DNA of 64,000 nt from a bacterium (GTDB taxonomy: Bacteria > UBA8248), in contig OY843592.1 of the NCBI GenBank assembly GCA_963692865.2, positions 3,136,001-3,200,000 of the forward strand, given 5' to 3'. Positions 9,402 through 19,279 of this stretch are shown here, piece by piece (the first letter of the stretch is position 1; each line of letters begins with the position of its first letter). The position numbers and the translations under genes were made by a program. The notes under the pieces were generated by a model. The model saw only the letters and a list, made by a program, of their open reading frames with translations. It had not been told where the DNA came from and made no database searches.

Positions 9402-9812
9402 ATGTGTATTGGCATTATAGGCGGCGCTCTTGTAGGCTCGCCAACCTTTCTGTTTGTGGGGGACATCTCAAATATAGTGAACAATTTCGATGTCTTCGTA
9501 TTGTTAGGCATCATCATCCGAATGGGGGGATTTGCGCTTCTTGGATCGCTCTATGCTTTTGTTACACCTCTGCCGGTAGATCGATGGTCGGCATTGGAGC
9601 GTGGGATAATGGCACCGATAATCTTGGCGACTTTGATCTCGACCTATGCGCCGAATAGCAACAATCTTGACAAGCGCTTTAATTCAAGTTCACTAGTGAG
9701 CGTAGCGTATGCGAGCACTGCAACAAAAGGCGGTAACAAGAAAACAAAAGGCGGCACCACGAAAAATCCTTCGCCGATTCGTCAAATCATTCGGGGAATC
9801 TTGGGGAAATAG
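9402..9812 (+). CDS. Small membrane protein, possibly frameshifted from the ATG at 9364
   Basis: Three hydrophobic segments and a basic tail; AT-rich; strong GGAGGA RBS serves an out-of-frame ATG upstream of an A8 tract. Confidence 0.55.
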   Translation: MCIGIIGGALVGSPTFLFVGDISNIVNNFDVFVLLGIIIRMGGFALLGSLYAFVTPLPVDRWSALERGIMAPIILATLISTYAPNSNNLDKRFNSSSLVSVAYASTATKGGNKKTKGGTTKNPSPIRQIIRGILGK

Positions 9813-9950
9813 CCTAATATCACAACCCGCGTAGACCGTTGTTACAACGGCTCTGTTGCGAAGCTAGTCCCTACTGGGAGGAAGAAAGTCCCTAAGGGCG
9901 ACAAGCGACTGAGCAAATCAAGCAGTTGCGTAACATGCCCGGGCCATAAC

Positions 9951-10149
9951 CCCCTAACACCCGTAGGCCTTACCCTCTTGGGGGGTGAGGCGCTTCCAGG
10001 CCGTCGCGAGTTCGGCGAGAATCCGCACGCCCACGCCGGCGCCGCCCTCGGGGCGGTAGGGTTCGGCCTTAGAAGCGTGGGACGGCCCCGCGATGTCGAG
10101 GTGCACCCAGGGCGTCTCGCCGGCGAAATACTGAAAGAACGTGGCGGCA
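9951..10149 (-). pseudogene. Diverged duplicate of the pepA 3' end
   Basis: Encodes FAGETPWVHLDIAGPSH...KRLTPQEGKAYGC*, a near copy of 11193-11391 with no upstream pepA sequence. Confidence 0.88.
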
Positions 10150-10348
10150 TGCTCGTTCCGTCGCATCGGCCGCTGACGGCCCCTTCGGATGAATAGAGGA
10201 ACGCCGGCCCGGACAAACTCTTTCACCGATACAGAAAGCCTTATACTCTCCATGGGGACCGACAGAGCCGGTCCGGTTGGCCTTTACAGGATTTCGTCTT
10301 CCGGCGGGGGCGTCGGGACCGTCTCGAAGACCATCGACAGGAGTCGTC

Positions 10349-11104
10349 ATGCCGCCGGATCAAGCCACCTCGCTGCTCTACGAACTGTTCAGTGGACTGC
10401 CCCGGCAGGGGCCGGGAACGGCAGCGAGCACGCGCCGGGCCCTCGGGTTCGTCCCGGACGTCGGGCCGCGGACCCGCGTGCTCGACGTCGGCTGCGGGAC
10501 CGGCGCCCAGACATTGGTTCTGGCGGACAGTTCGCCGGCGCACATCGTCGCCGTCGACATCCACCCCCCGTTCATCGACGCGCTGAACCGCAAGGCGCAT
10601 GGATTGGGCATGGCGGATCGACTGGAAGCCCGCGTGGCGGACATGCGCCGACTCGAATTCGCCGACGGTTCCTTCGACCTGATCTGGTGCGAAGGCGCCA
10701 TCTACAACATGGGTGTCGAAGCGGGCCTGCGCGACTGGCGCCGGTTGCTGCGGCGAGGCGGGCGCGTCGCGCTGACGGAGGTGTGCTGGCGGAAGCCCGA
10801 ACCGCCCGCCGCATGCGCAGCGTTCTGGAACCGGGAGTATCCGGCCATCCGCGACGTCCCCGCGCTCCTGGAAGCCATCGAGGCGTGCGGCTACGAGACG
10901 GTCGGGCACTTCCCGCTCCCCGCGTCGGCGTGGTGGGACGACTACTACCGGCCACTGCAAGACAACGTGACCAAGTTCCGCAAGCGTCACCACGACGCGC
11001 CGGACGCACGGGAGCTAGCGGACCATTGCCAGAGGGAAATAGACATCTGGCATGCCTACTCGGAATTCTACGGCTACGAGTTCTTTGTGCTCCGCGCCCG
11101 TTGA
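10349..11104 (+). CDS. Class I SAM-dependent methyltransferase
   Basis: LPRQGPG, VLDVGCGTG, FDLIWCEGAIY; AGGAG RBS before ATG 10349. Confidence 0.9.
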   Translation: MPPDQATSLLYELFSGLPRQGPGTAASTRRALGFVPDVGPRTRVLDVGCGTGAQTLVLADSSPAHIVAVDIHPPFIDALNRKAHGLGMADRLEARVADMRRLEFADGSFDLIWCEGAIYNMGVEAGLRDWRRLLRRGGRVALTEVCWRKPEPPAACAAFWNREYPAIRDVPALLEAIEACGYETVGHFPLPASAWWDDYYRPLQDNVTKFRKRHHDAPDARELADHCQREIDIWHAYSEFYGYEFFVLRAR

Positions 11105-11195
11105 ACGAACCCCAACGCGCCCGGGTATTCGATCGACTCGGAATCGCGGTGCGTACGACCTCACACGGTTTATTCTCACAACCGACGATGGACCC

Positions 11196-12719
11196 CTAAC
11201 ACCCGTAGGCCTTGCCCTCCTGGGGGGTGAGGCGCTTCCACGCCGTCGCCAGTTCCGCGAGAATCCGCACGCCCACGCCGGTGCCGCCCTCGGGGCGGTA
11301 GGGTTCGGCCTTCGAGGTGTGCGAGGGCCCCGCGATGTCGAGATGCACCCAGGGCGTCTCGCCGGCGAAGTGCTGCAGGAAGGCCGCCGCGGTGTTCGCG
11401 CCCCCCCAGCGGGCGCCCGAGATGTTGCACATGTCGGCGATCTTGCCCTTCATCGCCTCGCCGTATTCCGGGAAAAGCGGCATGTGCCAGACGCGGTCGC
11501 CGGTGCGCTCCCCCAGATCCCGCACGCGCGCCAGCAACTCGTCGTGCGTTCCGTACATGCCGGTCACCTTCTGGCCGAGCGCCACCATGCACGCGCCCGT
11601 CAGGGTGGCGAGATCGATCATGCACTGGGGCTTGTACTTCTCGCGCGTGTAGTGGAGCGCGTCGGCCAGGACGAGCCTGCCCTCGGCGTCGGTGTTGTGG
11701 ATTTCGACCGTCGTTCCCTTCATCGAGCGCACGATGTCGCCGGGCCGCGTGGCGTCGCCGTCCACCATGTTCTCCACGAGGCCCGCCACGCCCACCACGG
11801 GCACGCGGGGCTTGAGGCGCGCCACGGCGAGCATCGCGCCCAGCACGGCGGCGGCCCCGCTCATGTCGGTCGTCATGAGTTCGAGACCCCCGCTCGGCTT
11901 GATGGATACCCCGCCGGTGTCGAACGTCACCCCCTTGCCGACGAAGGCGACGGGTTTCGTCCGCGCGCCCTGGGGCCTGTACTCCAGGATGACCATGCGG
12001 GGCGGTTCGCTGCTGCCCCGGCCCACCGAGAGGAGCGCGCCCATCTTCATTCTTTCCATCTGCTTCTCGTCCAGCACGCGGCAGCGAAGACCCTCGCGCC
12101 GCGCCATCGCGCGCGCCGTATCGGCCAGCGCGGGCGGGCGCTTCTCGTTGCTGGGCGTGTTGATGAGGTCGCGCGCGTAGTTCGTCCCCTCGCACAGCGC
12201 GCGTCCATGGCGCGCGCCGCGCCGCATGGCGCTCAGGCTCCCCCCCGGCCCTCCGCAGAGAACGGCGCTCGAAACGTCGCTCTTCTCCTCCTTGTCGCCC
12301 GTCTTGTACCTGTCCATCCGGTAGAGGCCGAGGCCCACGCCCTCCACGACCGCCTGGGCCGCCCCGCGCGCGTCGAGGCCCTCATTCACGAGGGAAGAAG
12401 CCGAGACGGCGATGCTCCCGAGCCTCTCCGCGCGCGCGCGCTTCGCCGCCAGCGCGGATGCGCAGCGAACCGACTCCGGCGACGCCTCATCGCCCAGGCC
12501 TGCGAGAATCATGAATTTGGGCGCTCCGCCCCCCTCGGGCATGGGCAGGACGGCGACCTGCCCCTCCTTGCCCTCGAACACCTTGCGCTCGCGCAAGGAG
12601 GCCAGCGCGCCGCCCGGAATTTTTTCGAGTCGTTCGTCCTTCTCGTCTTTCTTCATGAGGCGAACCAGGGCGTCCGTCCCCTGGTCGAAACCATCACCGC
12701 CCGCAACGGAGAACCGCAT
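11196..12719 (-). CDS. pepA: Leucyl aminopeptidase (M17)
   Basis: VGKGVTFDTGG, DMSGAA, NTDAEGRL, DLATLTG, WVHLDIAG; GAGGAG RBS. Confidence 0.95.
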   Translation of the reverse strand: MRFSVAGGDGFDQGTDALVRLMKKDEKDERLEKIPGGALASLRERKVFEGKEGQVAVLPMPEGGGAPKFMILAGLGDEASPESVRCASALAAKRARAERLGSIAVSASSLVNEGLDARGAAQAVVEGVGLGLYRMDRYKTGDKEEKSDVSSAVLCGGPGGSLSAMRRGARHGRALCEGTNYARDLINTPSNEKRPPALADTARAMARREGLRCRVLDEKQMERMKMGALLSVGRGSSEPPRMVILEYRPQGARTKPVAFVGKGVTFDTGGVSIKPSGGLELMTTDMSGAAAVLGAMLAVARLKPRVPVVGVAGLVENMVDGDATRPGDIVRSMKGTTVEIHNTDAEGRLVLADALHYTREKYKPQCMIDLATLTGACMVALGQKVTGMYGTHDELLARVRDLGERTGDRVWHMPLFPEYGEAMKGKIADMCNISGARWGGANTAAAFLQHFAGETPWVHLDIAGPSHTSKAEPYRPEGGTGVGVRILAELATAWKRLTPQEGKAYGC

Positions 12720-12969
12720 AAAAACATCTCCTCTTGATAAACACATCAGATGAATAGCGATTTTCACCGAGTGTATCCCACAGCGGCGCGCGCGGCTATG
12801 CGGATCGGGGTCTCCCGCTCTTTTCGCGCGGGCAGACAGGCTTGCGAATTGTCTTATTCCCCTCCCTCCCCCTAGAATGCCTGGGCAGAAAACGAGCGGG
12901 TCGGGCGCACCGAGGCCCGCCATGCCCGAAAGCAATTACTATCTTCCCTCTCACGCGAAGGAACAGGCC

Positions 12970-13407
12970 ATGAGTTTCTACAATTGGGATATGCTCCCCT
13001 TGAGCCACGACCGCCCCGGCGTCGCGCACAGGCGGATTTTCGGCGACAACATCCAGATGCAGCACCTGATCACCGAGCCGGGCGGCACGCCCTCGAAACT
13101 GCACAACCATCCCGATCACGAGGAGTTCTTCTACATCCAGGCGGGCGAGTGGGAGTTCACGCTCGAAGACGAGGTGCGGCGTATCGGGCCGGGCGACGTG
13201 GTGCACGTCAAGGCGGGCGCGATGCACACGTTGAGGCTCGTGAGCGACGAGCCGGGAATGGCGCTCGAGGTGTTCTACCCGATGTGGAACCCCGAACTCG
13301 CAGGCGACATGAAGGATTTCACGATTGACGCCATCAAGGGCCGCATGGAGTTCGCCGAAGAACCCGACGAGATGAACAGGGGCCGTCCGCCGGGACACGG
13401 GGAATGA
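12970..13407 (+). CDS. Cupin domain protein
   Basis: HNHPDHEEFFY and GDVVHVKAGAMH cupin motifs. Confidence 0.85.
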   Translation: MSFYNWDMLPLSHDRPGVAHRRIFGDNIQMQHLITEPGGTPSKLHNHPDHEEFFYIQAGEWEFTLEDEVRRIGPGDVVHVKAGAMHTLRLVSDEPGMALEVFYPMWNPELAGDMKDFTIDAIKGRMEFAEEPDEMNRGRPPGHGE

Positions 13408-13479
13408 CGGGGGAGATACTCTAGTTGACGCAGCGTCTCTCGGGTGACGGATATGCTTGAAATTTCCGCTGTCGTTCAC

Positions 13480-13519
13480 AAAAAAACAGGCGGCGCCCTT
13501 AGACGCCGCCTGCCGTTTT
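13480..13519 (-). terminator. Intrinsic terminator (minus strand, possibly bidirectional)
   Basis: CAGGCGGCG...CGCCGCCTG stem followed by T7 on the minus strand. Confidence 0.75.
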
Positions 13520-13565
13520 CTGGATTTCCCTCAATGTCCCGTTTCAGGTAACACCAAGGGGTTGT

Positions 13566-13661
13566 TTAGGGTTTCTTGAGAACCCTCTTTCGGGAGTGAG
13601 CCGTTTTCAGGACCCTCCGGAAAGATGTGTCAAGGGCGGTTACTATCAATCGTCTTACCAT
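13566..13661 (-). CDS. Putative 31-aa basic small protein MVRRLIVTALDTSFRRVLKTAHSRKRVLKKP
   Basis: GAGAGGAGG RBS before ATG; own sigma70-like promoter and downstream terminator. Confidence 0.55.
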   Translation of the reverse strand: MVRRLIVTALDTSFRRVLKTAHSRKRVLKKP

Positions 13662-13700
13662 GACAGCCCTCCTCTCACTGCTTACTATTTGTGCTCCAAA

Positions 13701-13729
13701 ATCATATTCAAAGGCGGGTGCCGTGTCAA
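13701..13729 (-). promoter_or_regulatory. Sigma70-type promoter
   Basis: Minus strand TTGACA-17 nt-TATGAT. Confidence 0.7.
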
Positions 13730-13844
13730 GCATTTTTTGTCCCAAAAACGCCATGAAAAATTCAAGGCCTTACGTTTCAAGGCGTTACATGAAAATTTTC
13801 ATGACGGAGACTCACCGGCTCTCCCGGTCCGCTACATCGCTCAG

Positions 13845-14951
13845 CTAGGCCTCGATGATGGCGGCGACCACGCCTCCGCCCACCGGGCCCTGGTGGAACA
13901 CGAGGCCGGCCGAGACGTAGACCGCCGGGTCCTGCACCACCGAGGCGATGACGGCGTTCGCCACCGCGCGCACGGGCCGCGTGCCCAGAACGGAATCGGT
14001 AAGCAGCGTGACGCGCTTGCCCAGGAGCCTGCCGTCCCAGGGCGCGCCCGCCTTGGCGAAGGCGTGCACCACCCTGTTCAAATCCTCCGCGCCCGGGAGG
14101 CCGTCGAAGGATAATCCAGCGTTTCTGAGCGCCTGCCTCACGGCGTCGGCGTCGATCAGGTGCCGCATCACCGCCCGGCCGATCTTGTAGCGGCTCACGG
14201 ATTGGGAGGAATTCGCCAGGACGACGACTTCGGAGCGCATGAGCTCCACGCCCGCCGAGCAGGAGATCATCTCCGAATACAGGTCGCCGCGGCTGCACAC
14301 GTCGGATATCTCGAACGAATCGCGGGCAATCTCCCCGATTCCCACCGCCGCGCCCAGGGCCGAGCAGCCGTTCGAGAGGCTCATCGAGCGCGTCGTGTCC
14401 GTGCTCACCACCTTCTTGCCGCGCGAGGCCGCGTCGTTGATGCGGTCCGAGGTGAGCAGCGGGCACTTCACCTGCACGTAGCCCACGTCGTCGAGCGAAT
14501 CCACGCCCGCTTTATCGAGCGCCTCCGCCGCCGCTTCGGCCACGAGGTCCACCTGCGCCATCGTGCCCAATTCCTCAGGCAAGAGCTCTCTGGTGAAGGC
14601 GACCCCCATGGAGAGGCGCTTCTCTCCGGGACTTTCGGCCTCGCCCACGTCGGTCTTGGAAATGGCCACCGCATGGGGACTCATCACCCCCTCGCACCCG
14701 CCCGACATCACCATCGCGCACATGCCCTGCACCTCGGCGCGGGTGAGACCGAGCTTTTCCATCATGTAGTCTTCGAAGGAATGGAGCGCGTAGGGCCTCG
14801 AATAGTCGTTCACCCGCCCGTTGCCCTCCGTCTTGGCGATGACGGCCTGAATGTCCGCCGCCCGGATGCGGCCTTCCGCCACAGCCTCCGCGAGGCCCGA
14901 TACGTCCTCGGGCCCCGACATCTGAAACTTCACCACCTGGGTATCAAACAC
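13845..14951 (-). CDS. Ring-opening amidohydrolase (cyanuric acid hydrolase/barbiturase, AtzD family)
   Basis: KTEGNG, VMSGGCEG, VQVKCPLLT, SCSAGVE, YVSAG, HQGPVGGG. Confidence 0.9.
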   Translation of the reverse strand: MFDTQVVKFQMSGPEDVSGLAEAVAEGRIRAADIQAVIAKTEGNGRVNDYSRPYALHSFEDYMMEKLGLTRAEVQGMCAMVMSGGCEGVMSPHAVAISKTDVGEAESPGEKRLSMGVAFTRELLPEELGTMAQVDLVAEAAAEALDKAGVDSLDDVGYVQVKCPLLTSDRINDAASRGKKVVSTDTTRSMSLSNGCSALGAAVGIGEIARDSFEISDVCSRGDLYSEMISCSAGVELMRSEVVVLANSSQSVSRYKIGRAVMRHLIDADAVRQALRNAGLSFDGLPGAEDLNRVVHAFAKAGAPWDGRLLGKRVTLLTDSVLGTRPVRAVANAVIASVVQDPAVYVSAGLVFHQGPVGGGVVAAIIEA

Positions 14952-15073
14952 GAGTCCACCTCCTCCGTATTTGTCTGAGACTTAAGCATAGTCGCGCCTG
15001 CACAAGAGCGAGCAGACGCCGAAACCATCAAACCTCCTTATTCACCAAGGGCGCAGGATGCACGAACGCCGCC

Positions 15074-16477
15074 TCAAGCCCCGGGAACCATCAGGCCCGC
15101 GCGCTCGACGATGGCCGCGGAGGCCGCCTGCGCCTCCTCCCGAATCGCGCGCTCCTCATCTTCGCTCACGTTGGCGAGACGCCCCGCCTCCATGAGCGGT
15201 TCGCCGTCCACCCAGACCCAACGCGCCTCCGTCCCGTGGGTCTGATACGCGAGCACGGAGGGCAGATGATGATTGGGGTGCATGTGGGGGCCGCTCATGT
15301 CGAGCAGAATCATGTCCGCCCGCTTGCCCGCCTCGATGCTCCCGATTTCATCCTCCAGGCCGAGCGCGCGCGCGCCGTTCCGGGTGGCCATGTCGAGCAC
15401 CTGCTGGGCCGTGATGGCGGCGGGGTCCTGATTCACCCCCTTGTGGAGCAGGCAGGCAAGCCTTATCTCCCAGAACATGTTGGCGAGGTCGTTGCAGTTC
15501 GCATTGTCCGTGCCCAGGGCCACGGGAACCCCGTAGCCCAGCATACGGGGCACGGGCGAGACGCCCGAACCGAGATACATGTTGCTCGAGGGCAGATGCA
15601 CCACCTGCGTCCCCGATTCCTTCAAGAGCCGGACATCCTCCTCGCTCAGGTGGATGCAGTGGCCAGCGACGAGGCGCTCGGAGAGCAACCCCCAGGCCGC
15701 GAGATGCTGCACGACGGGAAGGCCGCCTACCTCCGATTCCATCGGGTCTTCCGAGACGTGCGTGGAGACGCGAAGGCCGCGGGCTCCGGCCCACTCATCC
15801 ACCTCGCGAAAAGTCTCGGGCTTCACGTAGACGGGGATGTTCGGCCCCGGCCAGACGAGAACGCGGCCACCCGAGCGGCCGTGGTACTTGTCCACCAGAT
15901 AGGAAATCTCCTCGAACACCTCATCCCGCGTCTTGAGACTCGGCGGGAAAGTCTTCCCCCAGGCGGCGATGTGGGAGTGCGCCCGCTCGGCGAGTTTTCC
16001 CTGCGGCGACATTTCGTTGAAGCTCAGGGCGAACACGCTCCGCATCCCCGAATCATCCATGGCTTGTATCATCGCCTCGGCCAGCGGAACGGGGATGCGC
16101 TCGTTCGTCACCACCGCCGTGGTGCCCGAGCGAATCGCCTCGCACGCGAAGAGCTTGACGGAGAGCGCCGCGTCCTCGGGCGTATAGGCCACCTGGCCGG
16201 GCGCCATGACGTTCAGTCGCCAGTCCATCAGCCGCCTGTCCGCGCCCAGACCGCCCCTCAGCAGAATGCACATGATGTGGCTGTGGGCGTTCACCAGCCC
16301 CGGCATGAGGGCCATGCCCTCGCCGTCGACAACCTGCGCCGCGCCCGCGTCTATCCTGGAGCCTGAAATCTCGGCGACCCGGCCATCCTCGACCAGCACC
16401 GACGCGCGGGGAAGCGCCTCGCGCGCATCGTTTTGCGTGAGGACACAGGCGTTTTCGATCAAGAAGCGACCCGCCAT
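15074..16477 (-). CDS. Metal-dependent amidohydrolase (TRZ/ATZ, SAH-deaminase-like)
   Basis: PGLVNAHSH, THVSE, GHCIH, LGTD, GSIEAGKRAD; GGAGG RBS. Confidence 0.9.
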   Translation of the reverse strand: MAGRFLIENACVLTQNDAREALPRASVLVEDGRVAEISGSRIDAGAAQVVDGEGMALMPGLVNAHSHIMCILLRGGLGADRRLMDWRLNVMAPGQVAYTPEDAALSVKLFACEAIRSGTTAVVTNERIPVPLAEAMIQAMDDSGMRSVFALSFNEMSPQGKLAERAHSHIAAWGKTFPPSLKTRDEVFEEISYLVDKYHGRSGGRVLVWPGPNIPVYVKPETFREVDEWAGARGLRVSTHVSEDPMESEVGGLPVVQHLAAWGLLSERLVAGHCIHLSEEDVRLLKESGTQVVHLPSSNMYLGSGVSPVPRMLGYGVPVALGTDNANCNDLANMFWEIRLACLLHKGVNQDPAAITAQQVLDMATRNGARALGLEDEIGSIEAGKRADMILLDMSGPHMHPNHHLPSVLAYQTHGTEARWVWVDGEPLMEAGRLANVSEDEERAIREEAQAASAAIVERAGLMVPGA

Positions 16478-16621
16478 GGGAAATCCTCCGGTTCGGTGTT
16501 TTCCTGAGGATACGCCAATCGGGCGGATTTGAGTATCCCCGGCGCAAGCCGCGCCTTGCCAGATAGGGAAAAGAGCATTATTAGTGTGAGGGAAAATCCG
16601 ACAACCCGAGGAGAGACGCCG

Positions 16622-17017
16622 ATGTCCAAAATCAAGTTCCTGCAGCACTTCAGCATCTATTGCCGGGATTTGCCGACCATGCACGAGTTCTACAACGAAA
16701 TCCTGGGTCTCCCCGAAATGCCGCGGCCCCACTTCCCCTTCCCGGGCTACTGGTACGAGGCGGGAGCGGACCACCAGATCCACCTCGCCAAGGTGAGCGA
16801 CACGCACGTCCGGCACTCCATCAGCGACAACGAGGACGGCTACATGGACCACCACTTCGGGATGGTGACCGATGATCTGGAGGGGATGAAGGAGAGGCTC
16901 AAGGCGCGCGGCATCCCGTTTCACGACGAACCTTACGGCTATCCCCAAATCTTTTTCAGAGACCCGGAGAACAACCTGATCGAGGTCGCGTCCACGGCGA
17001 TGTTCGACATGGAATAA
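16622..17017 (+). CDS. VOC/glyoxalase family protein
   Basis: QHFSI, FYNEILGL, DHHFG, FFRDPENNLIEV. Confidence 0.88.
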   Translation: MSKIKFLQHFSIYCRDLPTMHEFYNEILGLPEMPRPHFPFPGYWYEAGADHQIHLAKVSDTHVRHSISDNEDGYMDHHFGMVTDDLEGMKERLKARGIPFHDEPYGYPQIFFRDPENNLIEVASTAMFDME

Positions 17018-17146
17018 CCGGCGCGCGGACAAGCGCCCGGCTCGCCGTGACTCCTCATCCGCATCGGGCCGGAAGTTTCATCCAAAGGGTTTCGCAGCGC
17101 AATCACCGCCTCATCGCGGTTTTCACCGACTTCCGGAGGCCAGGCC

Positions 17147-17557
17147 ATGTCGTTCCAAAAATTCCACACCACGCAGGTGACCGCAGGCGCCGGGAGCTAC
17201 TCACAGGGCCTGCTGGCGGGCCGGACGCTTTATCTCGCGGGCCAGACCGGCGAGGGACTCGACGGCGCGCCGCCCGCGCGAGGCGACGCCGCCGCCCAGG
17301 CCCGCCAGGCGTGCGAGAACATCCGCCGGCTTCTCGAAGAAGCGGGCGGCAACCTCTCCCACGTCGTGAAGCTCACGAACTACATCACCGACAGGGCGTA
17401 CCGAAAACCCGTCTACGCGGTGATAGCGGAATACTTCGGCCCCCATGCGCCCGCGAGCACGGGCGTCATCGTGGACGGACTGGCTTCAGAGGATTTTCTC
17501 GTGGAAATCGACGCCACGGCCTATATCCCCGAGGCCGGAGCGGCAAACGAGGATTGA
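17147..17557 (+). CDS. RidA/YjgF family protein
   Basis: YSQG, LYLAGQ, APAST, LVEIDATA. Confidence 0.88.
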   Translation: MSFQKFHTTQVTAGAGSYSQGLLAGRTLYLAGQTGEGLDGAPPARGDAAAQARQACENIRRLLEEAGGNLSHVVKLTNYITDRAYRKPVYAVIAEYFGPHAPASTGVIVDGLASEDFLVEIDATAYIPEAGAANED

Positions 17558-17647
17558 GAAATGCGCCTTAACAAGGCAGAATAGGAGCACATTCAGACCA
17601 GTTCGTAAGCAGCCCGTGAGGCTGAGTCCTTTCAGAGGAGAGGGATC

Positions 17648-19234
17648 ATGACCGAAACTTACGATGGATTGTTCGTCGGCGGCGGGCACAACAGCCTGGT
17701 ATGCGCCGCTTATCTGGCGAAAGCCGGGAAAAAGGTAGCCGTTCTGGAACGCTCCGGCGTCGCCGGCGGGGGCTGCTCCACGCACGAGGTCACGCTGCCG
17801 GGCTTCAAGCACAACCTGCATTCGAACTACTACGTCGGTCTGGACAGAAGCCCCATTCTGCGCGACCTGGAACTCCACGAATACGGATTCAGCCTCATCT
17901 TCCCGGAGTTTCAGCAGGGCTGCGTCTTCGGCGACGGCACGGCGTTCGTCATCCACCGCGACGTGGAGAAGACCGTCAAGTCCATCGAGCGCATCAACAA
18001 GAACGACGCGAAGACCTACCGCGACCTCCACGTCAAATTCACCGAGGGGATGCTCGACATCATCACCTCATTCATGTACTGCGCCCCCCTGACGCCCGAA
18101 GAACTCAAAGAGCGCTTCGCGGGGCCGCTGGGGCGCGAGTTCCTGAGCTACGCGAACCTCAGCATGTACGAGGCGGTGGACCAGCACTTCGAGGACGACA
18201 AGCTGCGCGTGCTCTTCAAGCTCTTCCTGGGCTCCTTCACCCTGGAGAACACGCCGACGACGGGCATCTTCTTCCCCAGAATCTTTTCGCGCATCGCGAG
18301 CTTCGCCCTGCCCGTGGGCGGGTCGGTGAACTTCACCCGCGCGCTGGAGCGCGTGGTCGTGCGAGGCGGCGGACAGGTGTTCACCAACGCGGAAGTCCGC
18401 GAGATCACGGTCGAAAGCGGCGACGCCACCGGCGTCATCCTGGATGACGGCGCCCGCATCGAGGCCACCGAGTTCGTGGCGAGCGGGGTGAACTGGCCGC
18501 TCACGGTGCGTCTGGCCGGGGAGGACTACTTCGGCGGCAGGCTCGCAAGAGCCGCCCTCGAGTTCCAGTGGGCGAGCCACGGGCTGTGCACCATCCACCT
18601 CGCCCTCAAGGAAGCGCCCGACTTCGCGGCCGCGAAATACGAGCCCGACATCAACAAGACGTTCAACATCTTCTGGGGCGCGGACTCGACCGAGGAGATC
18701 AACGAGTGTTTCGAGACGATCCACGAGGGCGAACTGCCCAGGCTCATGGGCAACGGCGGCAGCAACAGCCACTTCGATCCGACCTACTCGCCCGACGGCA
18801 CGCACGTGGGCTACTGGTGGCCGTTCGCGCCCTATGAGCTCAAGGACGGCGGGGCCGAGGCGTGGGACGCGCGGCGCGAGGAGTACACCCAGCACTTCAT
18901 CGACTCCTGGACGCCTTATGCGCCCAACATCAACCACGACAACATCATGGGCAGCTATCTCTACACGCCGCTCGACATCGTGCGCATGAACCCGAACTTC
19001 GTCCGCGCGAGCCACCACGTGGGCGCCTACATCCCCGAGCAGTTGGGCCACAACCGCCCGCACCCGGACGTGAGCGACTTCCGCACGCCGATAGGGAAGC
19101 TCTATCTTTGCGGTTCGAGCTCGCACGTGGGCGGCGCGGTAACGGGCGCGCCCGGTTACAACTGCGCGAACGCTATCGCCGAGGATCTGGAAATCGACCG
19201 TTTCTGGGCGCCCGTAGAGACCATGATGGCCTGA
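17648..19234 (+). CDS. FAD-dependent oxidoreductase (phytoene desaturase-like)
   Basis: GGGHNSLVCAAYLAKAG; RTPIGKLYLCGSSSHVGGAVTGAPGYN. Confidence 0.88.
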   Translation: MTETYDGLFVGGGHNSLVCAAYLAKAGKKVAVLERSGVAGGGCSTHEVTLPGFKHNLHSNYYVGLDRSPILRDLELHEYGFSLIFPEFQQGCVFGDGTAFVIHRDVEKTVKSIERINKNDAKTYRDLHVKFTEGMLDIITSFMYCAPLTPEELKERFAGPLGREFLSYANLSMYEAVDQHFEDDKLRVLFKLFLGSFTLENTPTTGIFFPRIFSRIASFALPVGGSVNFTRALERVVVRGGGQVFTNAEVREITVESGDATGVILDDGARIEATEFVASGVNWPLTVRLAGEDYFGGRLARAALEFQWASHGLCTIHLALKEAPDFAAAKYEPDINKTFNIFWGADSTEEINECFETIHEGELPRLMGNGGSNSHFDPTYSPDGTHVGYWWPFAPYELKDGGAEAWDARREEYTQHFIDSWTPYAPNINHDNIMGSYLYTPLDIVRMNPNFVRASHHVGAYIPEQLGHNRPHPDVSDFRTPIGKLYLCGSSSHVGGAVTGAPGYNCANAIAEDLEIDRFWAPVETMMA

Positions 19235-19279
19235 AGATAGAGATTTGATTCGCGTTTCACGAGGAAAGGATAAAATTTC

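Noticed and set aside
9805-9960. Integron attC site after the small membrane gene
   Set aside because: No convincing RYYYAAC...GTTRRRY paired arms and no integron integrase.
11052-12737. Long antisense ORFs (this one, 3189-4562, 4632-5963, 22512-23789 and others)
   Set aside because: These are shadow frames of well-supported genes in GC-rich DNA.
16478-17032. N-terminal extension of the amidohydrolase (652-aa ORF)
   Set aside because: It overlaps the VOC gene on the other strand, and an RBS supports the start at 16477.
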